The notes under the pieces were generated by a model, which was not told the DNA's origin, did no database searches, and saw only the letters and a list, made by a program, of their open reading frames with translations. A DNA stretch of 64,000 bases from Armatimonadota bacterium (lineage in GTDB: Bacteria > Armatimonadota > HRBIN16). The DNA lies in NCBI GenBank assembly GCA_963677485.1, contig OY781964.1:3584001-3648000 (forward strand). The letters are read 5' to 3'. Shown here piece by piece: positions 52,622 to 62,817 of the stretch. The first letter of the stretch is position 1, and every line of letters starts with the position of its first letter. The translations under genes and the position numbers were made by a program.

Positions 52622-53569
52622 ATGAAATGGCTTTACAGAATAGGCTTGCCACACTATGCTCAGTGGACACTGCTATACCTTCTGCTGGTCGCCCTTGCGA
52701 AGACGGGTGAACCGCTGGGTTGGTGGCCGTTTATACTGGTGGATTACCTTCCTGTGATTGGCCTGCTGGCACCCGTGTTTATTGTGGCCATCATATATGG
52801 TTTGTGCCGTTGGCCGCGGCCGGCCTGGATCCTAGGTCTATCTGGCTTGATCTGTCTGGTTTTCTGGACAGATTGGATTCCCTTCCGCCCACAGCCTGCG
52901 TCCTTCCGCGGCGCCATCCGACTGATCACTTGGAACACCAAGTGGAACGGCGGGTTGGCTGAGGTGCCGGCTTTGCTGAAGCGTGAACACCCCGATGTGC
53001 TGTGCCTGCAGGAGATTATGGCGGAGGGACGCACAAACCCGTTGTGGCAGAGGCTGCGGAAGCAGGGCTGGTCTGTGATCCAACAGCGGCAGTACGCGGT
53101 GATCAGCCGGTATCCTGCGCAGATGACCAGCCTGAACCCAAACATGATGGCGGTGGAGCTTCGCATCGATAAAGCCCGGTTGCGTATCACCACGGCCCAC
53201 CTTTGGCTGCCGTATAACATGTTCGCCAAGACTCCGCGGCAGTATCAGCGCAGCCTCTGGCCGATGTCTTGGTATCGGAACAAGCAGGTCGATGCCATCA
53301 TGGACGCACACCCGCAGCCCGACATCGTGTGCGGCGATATGAATTCGCCGTCCCACACTGCCCTGTTGGACAGGTTCTTAGCGCGATATCAAGATAGCCA
53401 TCTCGCCGGCGGCGTGGGTTCTGGCATGAGCTACCCAAGCCGATTTCCGCTGCTGCGTATCGATCATGTGTTCTTGGCACACCGCCTGCGGGTGCTCAAG
53501 AGCCGCGTGCTGCGGCTTCCCGGCTCCGACCACCGCGCGGTGATGGTGGAGTTTCTCCTGAAGCGGTAG
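52622..53569 (+). CDS. Membrane-anchored endonuclease/exonuclease/phosphatase-family protein
   Basis: TWN, LCLQE, CGDMN, RIDH and SDH motifs; three N-terminal TM segments. Confidence 0.92.
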   Translation: MKWLYRIGLPHYAQWTLLYLLLVALAKTGEPLGWWPFILVDYLPVIGLLAPVFIVAIIYGLCRWPRPAWILGLSGLICLVFWTDWIPFRPQPASFRGAIRLITWNTKWNGGLAEVPALLKREHPDVLCLQEIMAEGRTNPLWQRLRKQGWSVIQQRQYAVISRYPAQMTSLNPNMMAVELRIDKARLRITTAHLWLPYNMFAKTPRQYQRSLWPMSWYRNKQVDAIMDAHPQPDIVCGDMNSPSHTALLDRFLARYQDSHLAGGVGSGMSYPSRFPLLRIDHVFLAHRLRVLKSRVLRLPGSDHRAVMVEFLLKR

Positions 53570-53574
53570 TTATT

Positions 53575-53786
53575 TTTAACCACGAATGAACGCGAATGAA
53601 CGCGAATGGGGAAGAGGCTTCCAACGCAAATGCGCAAAGGTGCAAAGGCGCAAAGTGGGGGGGTGACTGCGCCGGTGCGCCACATTATGTCCTACTCGTC
53701 TTACTCATCCTACTGGTCCTATTTGGTTGTTATTTACCGCGGATGAACGCGAATGAACGCGAATGGGAAAGCCTCACGCGAAGACG
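53575..53786 (+). repeat. Composite repeat of the same modules as 40522-40826
   Basis: AACCACGAATGAACGCGAAT module, GCAAAGG variant 8-mer module, GTCCTACTCGTCTTACTCATCCTA, then a second 10-mer module and CTCACGCGAAGACG. Confidence 0.88.
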
Positions 53787-53796
53787 TTCCCAGGGT

Positions 53797-55746
53797 TTAT
53801 TCGCCGCTCGTCTTCGGCGGTTCATATGCCACCCCGTCAACGGTCACGCCGGAGACAAACGGCCCAATCCGCAGGTTGACCAGGTTACCGGCGGTGAGTC
53901 GGCTTTTCCCCCAAATCACGTTGCGGAAAGCCACACCACGAACACCGTGTTCCGAATCGGCACCCTGAATGGTGGAGACATACTCGTTCTCCCCGCTGTA
54001 GCGGATGTTTTGAAACAACAGGTTCTGTATCTTGCCGGCCGGGTAGTCACGGCTGGTGGTTTCGATGTGCAGCAGCGATGCGATCTCCGGGGCACGGAAC
54101 CGCTCAATTCGGAGGTTCCGAAACTGAAGGTCGGCAATGGTATTTCCACCGGTGGCCACCAGGTGGACCATACCACCAGCATAAGCCATGTCCCACACAT
54201 TATGAACGTTCAAGATGTCGCAACTATCGATGGTCACCCCGGTGATGTCGCCATGCGTTTTGTCCAGGCCGATCAGAAAAACGCGGGCACCGTCGCTCCA
54301 GAAGACACAGTTTTTGACCGTGATATCTTTTGCGGGGCCATAGTGATACATCACGAACAGGTCGTCGGTAGTGCGGATGAAGCACCCTTGCACCACGCCG
54401 GTGGTCACGCGGCTCATGTGGATGCCATCGCCGTTGAACACCGATCCGAACACATTGATATTACGAACAGTGGCATTCTTGGAGCCATTCACGACCACCG
54501 CCCACATGGGCGAATCCAGCACGGTGATCCCCTCGATGGTGATCCTGTCTGTGTTTTCGCACCATATGGCTGAGGTGCGCGCTTCGTTGAGCTGGGTACC
54601 GGGTTCGTGCAGCAGATCCGAGGCGTCCAGCACGCCTCGGCCTTTGATGGTCAGGTTGCGACGACCGTCGGAGCGGATGGCCCCTTTGACCACCGCTCCA
54701 GGGGCCAGGTATAGCGTGACATCGTCTTGGGTAAGGAAGAACACCTCACTCGCGCGAATGTTGCCGTACGGCGTGGTGTAGTTCTCCTGGGCCACAACGG
54801 CGAAACCTTCGAGCGCGCCATTCACCGCTTTCCCGTTGCTGACTACGCGTTTGCTCCCGGCTTCATACACCTTGAAAGCGGTGATGTAGTTGGAGTGGGG
54901 CCATCGGAAGGAGGCCTCTTTACGCTCGTTGTTGGAATTGCCCAGCAGCACCAGCCGCACACATCGTGCGCTGACAGGAGGGAAGGGCACTTCGCGTAGG
55001 TCGGTCTCGAAGTTCGCCAAGTTCTCGCAGGCGGTCTTCCAGGGTTCAGTCGCGTTCTGACGGTACTGGATGCGATAATTCTGACCACCGGGTACCTGCC
55101 AGGGCTTCAACGGTCCGCTGAGCAGGTCGAACCGGTCGACACGATATACCGCACCCAGATCGAAATCGATCCACAGACCGCGGGGCAGATGATGCATGCC
55201 TGGCTTGAAAAAGTATATGGATTTGCCTTTCGGCAGCGTGCGGGGGATATCTTGACCCGGTTCGATGACCAGCACCGCAGGGTCGTTCTCGCGCGGGGCG
55301 TCTTTCTCCAGCGGGTTACTGAGGATGTGCAGGCAGTCCTCTTCCCAGTTGTCATTGGCGCGCAGCACCATCTTCCGCGGCGCGTTGGCATTTTGTCGGA
55401 CGGTAAAATAAAGCGTGTTACCCTCTTTGCGGACGGGAATTTTGTATGACAGCGGAGACAAGTGTGAAGTGGTCAGCGTCCCCTTCATATAGGTAGCCCT
55501 GAACTCCACGACACCATCAAAGTCAAGCGTGATAAGGGAGGTACCGACCGGTCCGCGGAACGGTATGCCAGCCTTCACCAACAGCGGATCGACCACCCCG
55601 ATAGCACCTTGATGCCCAATCTTGACCGTGCTGACGAAGAGCTCGGTCCAGTCATTTGTGCCGACCTCCCGCACGGCGACCTGCCAGGTCTCGTTGGATT
55701 GGGTTCCTGCAGGCTGCTGCCAGGTCACCAGATTGCTTTTCCGCAT
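53797..55746 (-). CDS. Right-handed beta-helix glycosidase (GH28/GH49-like) with inserted discoidin-like domain
   Basis: YFFKPG.H, LYLAPGAVVKG, I.GRGVLD, NGDG and RTTDD motifs; insert WIDFDLG...VSARCVRL. Confidence 0.75.
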   Translation of the reverse strand: MRKSNLVTWQQPAGTQSNETWQVAVREVGTNDWTELFVSTVKIGHQGAIGVVDPLLVKAGIPFRGPVGTSLITLDFDGVVEFRATYMKGTLTTSHLSPLSYKIPVRKEGNTLYFTVRQNANAPRKMVLRANDNWEEDCLHILSNPLEKDAPRENDPAVLVIEPGQDIPRTLPKGKSIYFFKPGMHHLPRGLWIDFDLGAVYRVDRFDLLSGPLKPWQVPGGQNYRIQYRQNATEPWKTACENLANFETDLREVPFPPVSARCVRLVLLGNSNNERKEASFRWPHSNYITAFKVYEAGSKRVVSNGKAVNGALEGFAVVAQENYTTPYGNIRASEVFFLTQDDVTLYLAPGAVVKGAIRSDGRRNLTIKGRGVLDASDLLHEPGTQLNEARTSAIWCENTDRITIEGITVLDSPMWAVVVNGSKNATVRNINVFGSVFNGDGIHMSRVTTGVVQGCFIRTTDDLFVMYHYGPAKDITVKNCVFWSDGARVFLIGLDKTHGDITGVTIDSCDILNVHNVWDMAYAGGMVHLVATGGNTIADLQFRNLRIERFRAPEIASLLHIETTSRDYPAGKIQNLLFQNIRYSGENEYVSTIQGADSEHGVRGVAFRNVIWGKSRLTAGNLVNLRIGPFVSGVTVDGVAYEPPKTSGE

Positions 55747-55850
55747 GTTTGTGTTTCCTTGTGGTCAGTGTTCGCTTACGGGGTTAGTATTCGGTGACTA
55801 GGCGCCGTAATCCTCTGTGTGCGTAGGTGCGTCACCATGTGTGGTGCAGT

Positions 55851-56138
55851 GGAATTCGTGGATGGCCCTTGTGGCCATCCGGAACCACAATGCGCATAAT
55901 ATGCACTCACCACCGCGCCCTAAAGGACACGGCTATTACCCAAAAGTCCGAACGCGGGGTTATATCGTTGTATAACTATATATGCCTGCCCTACCACGCG
56001 CTAAAGCACATGGCTATTGATCAGCAAGCCTGCTGAAGCAGGCTGCACCACATCGCATTGTGGCTGGATGCGGCACCCAGACTGCTTCAGCAGGCTTGGT
56101 CGGTCAATAGCCGAGACATTTATGTCGCGGAATCGGTG
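55851..56138. repeat. REP cluster with inverted REPIN-like doublet
   Basis: Degenerate GTAG REP at 55851-55881; AATAGCC hairpin at 55913-55937 (-); inverted arms at 55994-56044 and 56079-56130. Confidence 0.75.
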
Positions 56139-56341
56139 GCCACATACCTGCTACTCATCTATGGGTAACTGGCTGGGTTCAATCAGCCTGACCACACGGC
56201 TGATCATTATGGGCCGACATCGAACCGCTAACTAAAGATGATGTTGTATGGCAAGGGCGATCCGACATGATGAGATAGCCCCCGATTAAGATGTGGCAGG
56301 AGGAACTCGCAGCAATACAAAATCCACCAAAGAAACATCGA

Positions 56342-58936
56342 CTAAACGTTACATTGCACAATCCGTACAATTTCGTCAACACAACCGGCGCAATTGCGGA
56401 TGACGGCCGCAATTTCCGCCCGTTTTTCCTTGTCCTGCAATATCTTCAGCGTGACATTGAACCCGCCTCCGAGCGCCTCTAGATCGCTGCCGTTGTCATT
56501 GTTCCACATCTGACCCATGCGGCGATACAATTCTTTGACTTCGTCAAGCCAAATATAATCGGGATTGAGTTGCTGGGCCTTATCCAAAAATCCGTAGCAA
56601 CAACTACCATTGGTAGCAAGAACACAGACATAGTTGGTGTAGTATGACCATATGTCAAAGTCATCGGGTGTCATACTGTCGAATTTCCCGGCCTCAATAT
56701 CCTTGGCCCATGCCCTGAAAGCCTCCGCACCGAAACAATAGGTGTCTGATTTCATGTTCAGGTGTTGTGGTATCGCGGCGATGGCATTCCGGTATATTTG
56801 AGCGAGTGGAAGGCTTTCCTTTTTCTCTCCCACAAAAATCAAGCCACCTTTGCTTATCGCCTCATCAACCGTCACACGATCGGGTTGATTGTTGTTGCCC
56901 GTGATATAGAGCAGAATCTTCCCATTTTCCTCATAGCCGACATAAATGCCGACAAGAGAGTTGCCCCAAGTGATGACGGGTATCCCCTTGTCGATATATG
57001 CCATCAGCGTGTTCAGATACATCTCTGTGTTTTCGCTGAACTCCTCCTTGGAAACATAGGTAGCAGCGTAGCCGCACTTAGCGAAGGTATCCTTAACATA
57101 TTGCTTGGGATTTTCGTCCATCATATAGCTCGATAAGGCATCGCCGGAGTATTTCGTGTAGCTGTAATGCTGCGTGAACAGGTCGCCGGTTAATCCCGCG
57201 AAAAACCAGTAGTCATATTCCGATTCGCCCAAACACTCCATCACATATTTCGCACAGCCATTGAACCAGTAGTTTTCACCGTATTCGTCGGTGACAAGGC
57301 GGTGAATGACAGGGATTATGTTGTTACTTTGTTTCGTAACCATGGTCAGTTCTCCTTTGAGTTTGTTCTTTTTCATATCGGTGAGCTGCGAAACTTGGAT
57401 GGAACGAAAAAACAGCTTGTCATTCCCATGTGCGCCGATGACGATAGGACAGGCCTCTTCACGGCTCAGATCCAGTGACATATATGGGAAGTTCACGCCG
57501 CAGTAGCGTACATCGCCGTTGATAATGACAACAAGGTGTTTTTGGCCCACAATCCATGTCAACCGGTTTAGGCTATCTTTATTGATGGCGCCACGGCCCG
57601 GCAAATTGAAACTGTCCCAGAATAGAGGCTGGTGAAAACGGATGGCTTGGGTCATTTGCTCATTATCATTGCCCATGTTGACACCAAAGCCCCTTCTGCC
57701 TATGTTTCCTGTGGAATAGCCGGTGTCCTCGCTGTGGTAGAAAGCGAGACCAGTAATCCCTTCGCCGGAAACCCGAAATTCAATGTCAACTCGGAAAGGT
57801 AGTTTGACAGATATGTGGGTGTTCAGTACGGCTCTGATGATCCAACCGATGTATTCCGCTTCGCCGTTCTCGTTTATTCGAAATTGCGAGTTATTCACGT
57901 GGGTCTGTGTCAGACTGGCCAGTGGAACGTCAGTTTTCCATAGAGTGGGGTTCGCCGCTTCTATTTCTGCAATGGAAATGCCGGTCACTTCTTCCGCTTG
58001 ATTAAACAGCGCAGGATCGGCCATACGCTTTTTCACCGGCATCAGCAGAGCGACAAGCTCCCGTTGGTCGTCAGGAGAAATCAAATCTTCCAGCATCGCC
58101 GCATGGCGTAGACTACCATCGCTCCGATAATCGATCTGGTAGTATTTATTGGTATCAAAATCTTTAATCAAAGCGCCGAATCGCCCCCCGATATCTTCGT
58201 CCAAATAGACATTGGCTACCGCGAACAACCCACCGTCGAACATATAGTCGGAGTAATCGCCGTCATTCACAAAATCATTGGCGACCCGTAATACAAGCAC
58301 GTCGCCGGCTTCCGTTTGAAATTCAAATTGCTCATGCCGCCCTGGTTCGCCGTACGGGATACCTTTCGTCTGCACCCAGCGCCAGAAACCGTCTGGGTCA
58401 CTTCTCCCATCCTTACGTACCGACGATAGGACGCGCATAGGCGGCAAAGGTAGTATAGACGGCTCAACGGGCTTTCCCAGCTTGTCCGACAGTTCAGACA
58501 GCTCCTTGTAGTTGATAGTATTACGCTTATCCAGAGTATCAAGCTGTTTTTCCATTTGATCATACAGGAATGGTAACGCAGAGATTTTAGTGACGCCGTT
58601 TTGGAGCATGACCTGGAGAAACACATCCGTAATTCGTTTAAGCTCAGACAATGCTCCAATTTCATCGTCAAGATCATTGATGCGTTTTGTAAATACTTCA
58701 ACGACTGTACGCATATCCTCGTCTTCGTAAATGCGAATAATATCTCTAATTGATATCTGCATTTTGCGGAGTATGATGATTTGCCTTATTCGTTCGACTT
58801 CCGCTTCGTCATAGTATCTGTAGTTATTACTGTCGGCGCGTTTGGCTTCCAATAGCCCAACACGCTCATAGTAACGCAGCGTTTTTGATGTCACGCCGAA
58901 TAATTTCACCGCATCGGTAATACATAACCCATCCAT
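56342..58936 (-). CDS. Large multidomain MerR-family regulator
   Basis: GVTSKTLRYYERVGLL...YRYY MerR HTH, coiled coil, GyrI-like segment and two further domains; ATG 58936 after GGAGG. Confidence 0.88.
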   Translation of the reverse strand: MDGLCITDAVKLFGVTSKTLRYYERVGLLEAKRADSNNYRYYDEAEVERIRQIIILRKMQISIRDIIRIYEDEDMRTVVEVFTKRINDLDDEIGALSELKRITDVFLQVMLQNGVTKISALPFLYDQMEKQLDTLDKRNTINYKELSELSDKLGKPVEPSILPLPPMRVLSSVRKDGRSDPDGFWRWVQTKGIPYGEPGRHEQFEFQTEAGDVLVLRVANDFVNDGDYSDYMFDGGLFAVANVYLDEDIGGRFGALIKDFDTNKYYQIDYRSDGSLRHAAMLEDLISPDDQRELVALLMPVKKRMADPALFNQAEEVTGISIAEIEAANPTLWKTDVPLASLTQTHVNNSQFRINENGEAEYIGWIIRAVLNTHISVKLPFRVDIEFRVSGEGITGLAFYHSEDTGYSTGNIGRRGFGVNMGNDNEQMTQAIRFHQPLFWDSFNLPGRGAINKDSLNRLTWIVGQKHLVVIINGDVRYCGVNFPYMSLDLSREEACPIVIGAHGNDKLFFRSIQVSQLTDMKKNKLKGELTMVTKQSNNIIPVIHRLVTDEYGENYWFNGCAKYVMECLGESEYDYWFFAGLTGDLFTQHYSYTKYSGDALSSYMMDENPKQYVKDTFAKCGYAATYVSKEEFSENTEMYLNTLMAYIDKGIPVITWGNSLVGIYVGYEENGKILLYITGNNNQPDRVTVDEAISKGGLIFVGEKKESLPLAQIYRNAIAAIPQHLNMKSDTYCFGAEAFRAWAKDIEAGKFDSMTPDDFDIWSYYTNYVCVLATNGSCCYGFLDKAQQLNPDYIWLDEVKELYRRMGQMWNNDNGSDLEALGGGFNVTLKILQDKEKRAEIAAVIRNCAGCVDEIVRIVQCNV

Positions 58937-58957
58937 AATCATCACCTCCATGCAAAT

Positions 58958-58988
58958 AGTATAGCGGTTGTCCCAAGGACAATGTCAA
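58958..58988 (-). promoter_or_regulatory. MerR-type promoter/operator
   Basis: TTGACA-19 bp-TATACT with the dyad TTGTCC-N3-GGACAA (58968-58982) in the spacer. Confidence 0.92.
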
Positions 58989-59303
58989 CAGGATTTTGCA
59001 TATATCTGTGGGTATTTCGAAAATGGGAGTCAGCTAGAATAGGTTTCTCGAATCGAAACCCGTGGAGAGCTGGATTCCACGGATTGGGAGAGGTGCCCGT
59101 CTGGTCATCTGTGCCGTAGGTTCTGTCGCCCCGTCTATTACTCACAAATACAGATTAGGTTTCCCAACACGCTCACGAGATGCTACAAGAAGGAACAACT
59201 TAACATCCGTGCATTCTTGATACGTACAAATGTAGAGCAGGAGGGTTATGCCTACAGAATGGTCACAGAGTGGCTAGATCAACACTAAGGTAAACTGAGT
59301 GCT

Positions 59304-59966
59304 CTATTTTGTATTCCATGGAATGGGATTGCTTGGCTCAAATGTTCCGACCATAATCGGCGATTTTTCCGCTGATTCCGGATTGGTAGCTTGGTCAACT
59401 TGATACAAAAACCCGGTCTTTCCGTATCTGCCGAGTTTGCTTTGATCGTAGTGGTCACTATCCATACATATATTGACGGCTTTCAGTGCCACTGTCACGT
59501 CCTCTTGGCCAAAGAAACCGGTGTTCTCAAATAGCTCATGTTCCCACAAATACTCACATTCGATATTCAAAAAACACTCTTTAATACGCGGCGCATTCAC
59601 CTTCACGGCCATCTCTGCTGTTAGGCCGGTAGTGGTAATTTCATCTGTGTCAAATTCATTGTTGCCAATGGTTTTGATACAGCGGTCATATATGTCATAT
59701 GTAGGGAAGTTCAGCACGCAAACCCCGGTCTCTTTGAGGGATTGATACATATGTCCGCCTTTTGGGACTGCGCCCATGATACAGACAAATTCATCATTCC
59801 CGCCTCCCACAAAGGTCGACCAGGATTGGAGACAGGCGTTTTCTTTCCCATTTGATTTCCAGCCAGTCACGACGAATACCAATGATGGCATGGCAGTTAG
59901 AAAACCCTGCCATGTACACCATGGTTCGGTCATTTTTTCAGGCCTTGCGGAAAAATCAATTTTCAT
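59304..59966 (-). CDS. Flavin reductase-family protein
   Basis: VVTGWKSNGKEN, CVLNFP and VNAPRIKECFLNIEC motifs. Confidence 0.85.
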   Translation of the reverse strand: MKIDFSARPEKMTEPWCTWQGFLTAMPSLVFVVTGWKSNGKENACLQSWSTFVGGGNDEFVCIMGAVPKGGHMYQSLKETGVCVLNFPTYDIYDRCIKTIGNNEFDTDEITTTGLTAEMAVKVNAPRIKECFLNIECEYLWEHELFENTGFFGQEDVTVALKAVNICMDSDHYDQSKLGRYGKTGFLYQVDQATNPESAEKSPIMVGTFEPSNPIPWNTK

Positions 59967-59994
59967 AACACAATGCTCTCCTTGTTTTATGAAA

Positions 59995-61365
59995 CTACAA
60001 TACCGCTTTGGCCTTCTCGATCTGCTCCAGCACGGCGCTGGGGGCGGTACCGCCCTCGCTGGTACGGGCGCGCATCACGGCGATGTGCTGCAGGTATTGC
60101 GGCGCATCCTCGTCTATCAGCTCGCTGAAGGCGCGCAACTGGGCTACGCTCAGGTCCTCTAGATGGAGCTCCTGCTCGATGCACCAGCGCACCACATGGC
60201 CGACGACGGAATGCGCCTGTCGGAAGGGCATACCCTTGCGAGCCAGGTAGTCCGCAAGGTCAGTGGCGTTGCTGAAGTCGCCGCTCAGGCTGTCCTTCAT
60301 CTGCTGTGGCCGGAACTGCGCGGTGCTGAGCATCAAGTAGCTCATCTCCAAGCAGCTTTTCACCGTATCCAGCGCGTCAAACAGATAGCTTTTATCTTCT
60401 TGAAGGTCGCGGTTGTAGGCCAGAGGCAGGCTCTTCATGGTGACCAGCATACCGGTCAAGTCGCCTACTACTTTGCCCACACGCCCGCGGATCAACTCCG
60501 CCACGTCCGGGTTCTTCTTCTGCGGCATGATGCTGCTGCCAGTGGTGACGGTGTCATCGCATTCCACAAAACCAAGATCGGGCGAGCTCCACCAAATCAG
60601 CTCCTCGCAGAGCCGGCTGAGGTGCGTCATGATGGTGGCGGCGGCGCTCAGGAACTCTATGATCCAGTCGCGGTCGCTGACTGCGTCCAAGCTGTTCGGG
60701 ATCACAGCCTCGAAGCCCAGCTCCTTGGCCACCATCTGGCGATCGAGCGGGAAGCCTGTTCCGGCCAAGGCCGCACTGCCAAGCGGCAGGCGATTCATGC
60801 GCTTACGGCTGTCGCGAAGGCGGTCGCGGTCGCGCTCAAACATCCAGAAATAGGCTAACAGGTGATGCGCCAGGCTGACGGGTTGCGCGTGCTGCGTGTG
60901 CGTCAAACCGGGAAGCATCGTCTCCACATACTGCGGAGCGGCTTCCACAATCCAGCCCATCATATCGCTGAGCATGGCGTCCAAACCGTCGATCTCAGCC
61001 CGCATATAGAGGCGCACATCGGTGACCACCTGGTCGTTGCGGCTGCGTCCCGTGTGCAGTTTACCCGCCACCGGACCGATCTCTTCCGTCAGGAATCGCT
61101 CGATCTCGCTGTGGACATCCTCTGCGTTTGGGTCGAATTGCAGCTCACCTTTAGCGATTCGGTTGCGGACGATCTGCAGTCCGGCGATGATCTCGGATGA
61201 GTCTTGCGGCGGGATGATACCCTTCATGCCCAACATGCGCACATGTGCGATGGAGCCGATGATATCGGCGTGCCACATCCGCTGATCCAGGCTCATGGAG
61301 GCGCTGAACGCCTCCACTGCCTGGTTAGTCTCTTTTTCGAATCGGCCTCCCCAGAGTTTCGCCAT
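59995..61365 (-). CDS. argH: Argininosuccinate lyase
   Basis: LWGGRF, LHTGRSRNDQ and TGSSIMPQKKNPD motifs. Confidence 0.98.
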   Translation of the reverse strand: MAKLWGGRFEKETNQAVEAFSASMSLDQRMWHADIIGSIAHVRMLGMKGIIPPQDSSEIIAGLQIVRNRIAKGELQFDPNAEDVHSEIERFLTEEIGPVAGKLHTGRSRNDQVVTDVRLYMRAEIDGLDAMLSDMMGWIVEAAPQYVETMLPGLTHTQHAQPVSLAHHLLAYFWMFERDRDRLRDSRKRMNRLPLGSAALAGTGFPLDRQMVAKELGFEAVIPNSLDAVSDRDWIIEFLSAAATIMTHLSRLCEELIWWSSPDLGFVECDDTVTTGSSIMPQKKNPDVAELIRGRVGKVVGDLTGMLVTMKSLPLAYNRDLQEDKSYLFDALDTVKSCLEMSYLMLSTAQFRPQQMKDSLSGDFSNATDLADYLARKGMPFRQAHSVVGHVVRWCIEQELHLEDLSVAQLRAFSELIDEDAPQYLQHIAVMRARTSEGGTAPSAVLEQIEKAKAVL

Positions 61366-61366
61366 A

Positions 61367-62560
61367 TTACCGGCGCTGCTGACGGAGGGATTCCAGCATG
61401 CGGGCCTGCATACCGAAGTTCTTTACCATACCGGTCATTTCGCTCTGATCGAAGGTGTTGGTGTCGAACGAGATCAGGTCTTCTGAATAGAGAGCCCATT
61501 CGCTCTTGCGTCCGGCTATCCGCATGCCGCCCTTGAACAGTCGCATGGTGACCTCGCCGGTCACGCGCTCCTGGCTCTTGTTGATGAACGCTTCCAGGTC
61601 TTCTTTTAGAGGATCCCACCATAGACCTGCATAGGCCATTTCGCCCCACTGAGCATCTACGATGGACTTGAATTTGAGCTCTTCCCGGGTCATGACGAGT
61701 GCTTCTAATGCCTTATGCGCGGCTATCAATACCACCGCGGCGGGGCACTCGTAGTTCTCGCGGGCCTTCAGGCCAAGCATCCGGTCTTCCATGATATCTA
61801 CGCGGCCAACGCCGTTCTCGCCTGCGATTTTGTGCATTGCAGCAATGAGTGCCATCGGGGCCATCTTCTGACCATCAAGTGACACGGGGATGCCGTTCTC
61901 AAAGCCGATGGTGACCTCGCGGGGAGTGTTGGGAGCTTCCACGGGGTTGGTGGTCCAGATGTATACATCCTCTGGGGTGTGGAAGTTCGGCTCTTCCAAG
62001 TGTCCACCTTCGATGGAGCGTCCCCACAGGTTCTCGTCAATACTGTATATCTTCTCAGTGCTGACGGTGATCGGAATACCGCGCTTTTGGGCGTATTCAA
62101 TTTCCCAGCTTCGAGTCATGCTGCGCTCGCGCATGGGGGCGATGATCTGTGCGTCCGGCATATGGGCGCGGATACCAAACTCGATTCGGAACTGGTCGTT
62201 ACCCTTGCCGGTGCAGCCATGGGCAAAATCCGAGCATCCCAGCTTCTGAGCCACTTCCACCGCTTTTTTAGCGATGAGCGGGCGAGCGATGGAGGTGCTG
62301 ATGGGGTAGCCCTCGTAGTCGCCATTTGCCTTCACTGAAGCGAAGCAGTAATCGGCGGCGAACTCCTCTTTGGCATCTATGGTGTAATGTTCGGTGCCCA
62401 TCACACGCGCTTTGCTTTCTGCTTGATCAATGTCGGCTTGGGGTTGGCCCACATCAACGGTGACCGTCACGACATGGTCGAAACCATAGTCTTCTTTCAT
62501 CATTGGGATGCAAACGGAGGTGTCTAACCCTCCGGAGTATACGAGTATCACATTTTTCAT
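61367..62560 (-). CDS. argG: Argininosuccinate synthase
   Basis: [18 protein letters not shown] and [11 protein letters not shown] motifs. Confidence 0.98.
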   Translation of the reverse strand: MKNVILVYSGGLDTSVCIPMMKEDYGFDHVVTVTVDVGQPQADIDQAESKARVMGTEHYTIDAKEEFAADYCFASVKANGDYEGYPISTSIARPLIAKKAVEVAQKLGCSDFAHGCTGKGNDQFRIEFGIRAHMPDAQIIAPMRERSMTRSWEIEYAQKRGIPITVSTEKIYSIDENLWGRSIEGGHLEEPNFHTPEDVYIWTTNPVEAPNTPREVTIGFENGIPVSLDGQKMAPMALIAAMHKIAGENGVGRVDIMEDRMLGLKARENYECPAAVVLIAAHKALEALVMTREELKFKSIVDAQWGEMAYAGLWWDPLKEDLEAFINKSQERVTGEVTMRLFKGGMRIAGRKSEWALYSEDLISFDTNTFDQSEMTGMVKNFGMQARMLESLRQQRR

Positions 62561-62609
62561 CGTTTCCGAATCTCCTTAAGAGCAGTTAACTTCCGCTCAT
62601 TCCTTGTTT

Positions 62610-62618
62610 ATTATAGCA
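62610..62618 (-). promoter_or_regulatory. Extended -10 promoter of argGH
   Basis: TGcTATAAT about 50 bp upstream of the argG start. Confidence 0.55.
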
Positions 62619-62669
62619 ATCTGAGAAAATAGTTGCTTTGTGTATGATGGTTGCATGTCACGAAATAGT

Positions 62670-62689
62670 CTCACGCGAAGACGCGAAGG
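62670..62689 (+). repeat. Solo CTCACGCGAAGACGCGAAGG module
   Basis: Identical to the module at 29703, 40563 and 40681. Confidence 0.85.
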
Positions 62690-62762
62690 CAGTGACCGGT
62701 GTGGTCAGGAGACTGTGGCTACCATCGGCGTATCCAAAGGCCACCCGGACATGGACCAGTGT

Positions 62763-62798
62763 CAAAGCCCTTACCAGCGATTGCTGATAAGGGCTTTG
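62763..62798. terminator. Strong hairpin downstream of the SLBB gene
   Basis: CAAAGCCCTTA-N14-TAAGGGCTTTG; the T-rich tail is on the plus strand. Confidence 0.7.
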
Positions 62799-62817
62799 TT
62801 TGATTTCCGTACCGCGA

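Noticed and set aside
53596-54573. 325-aa plus-strand ORF and other short ORFs over repeats (5655..5876, 29773..30172, 40399..40979)
   Set aside because: They start in or consist of repeat modules, or run antisense to real genes.
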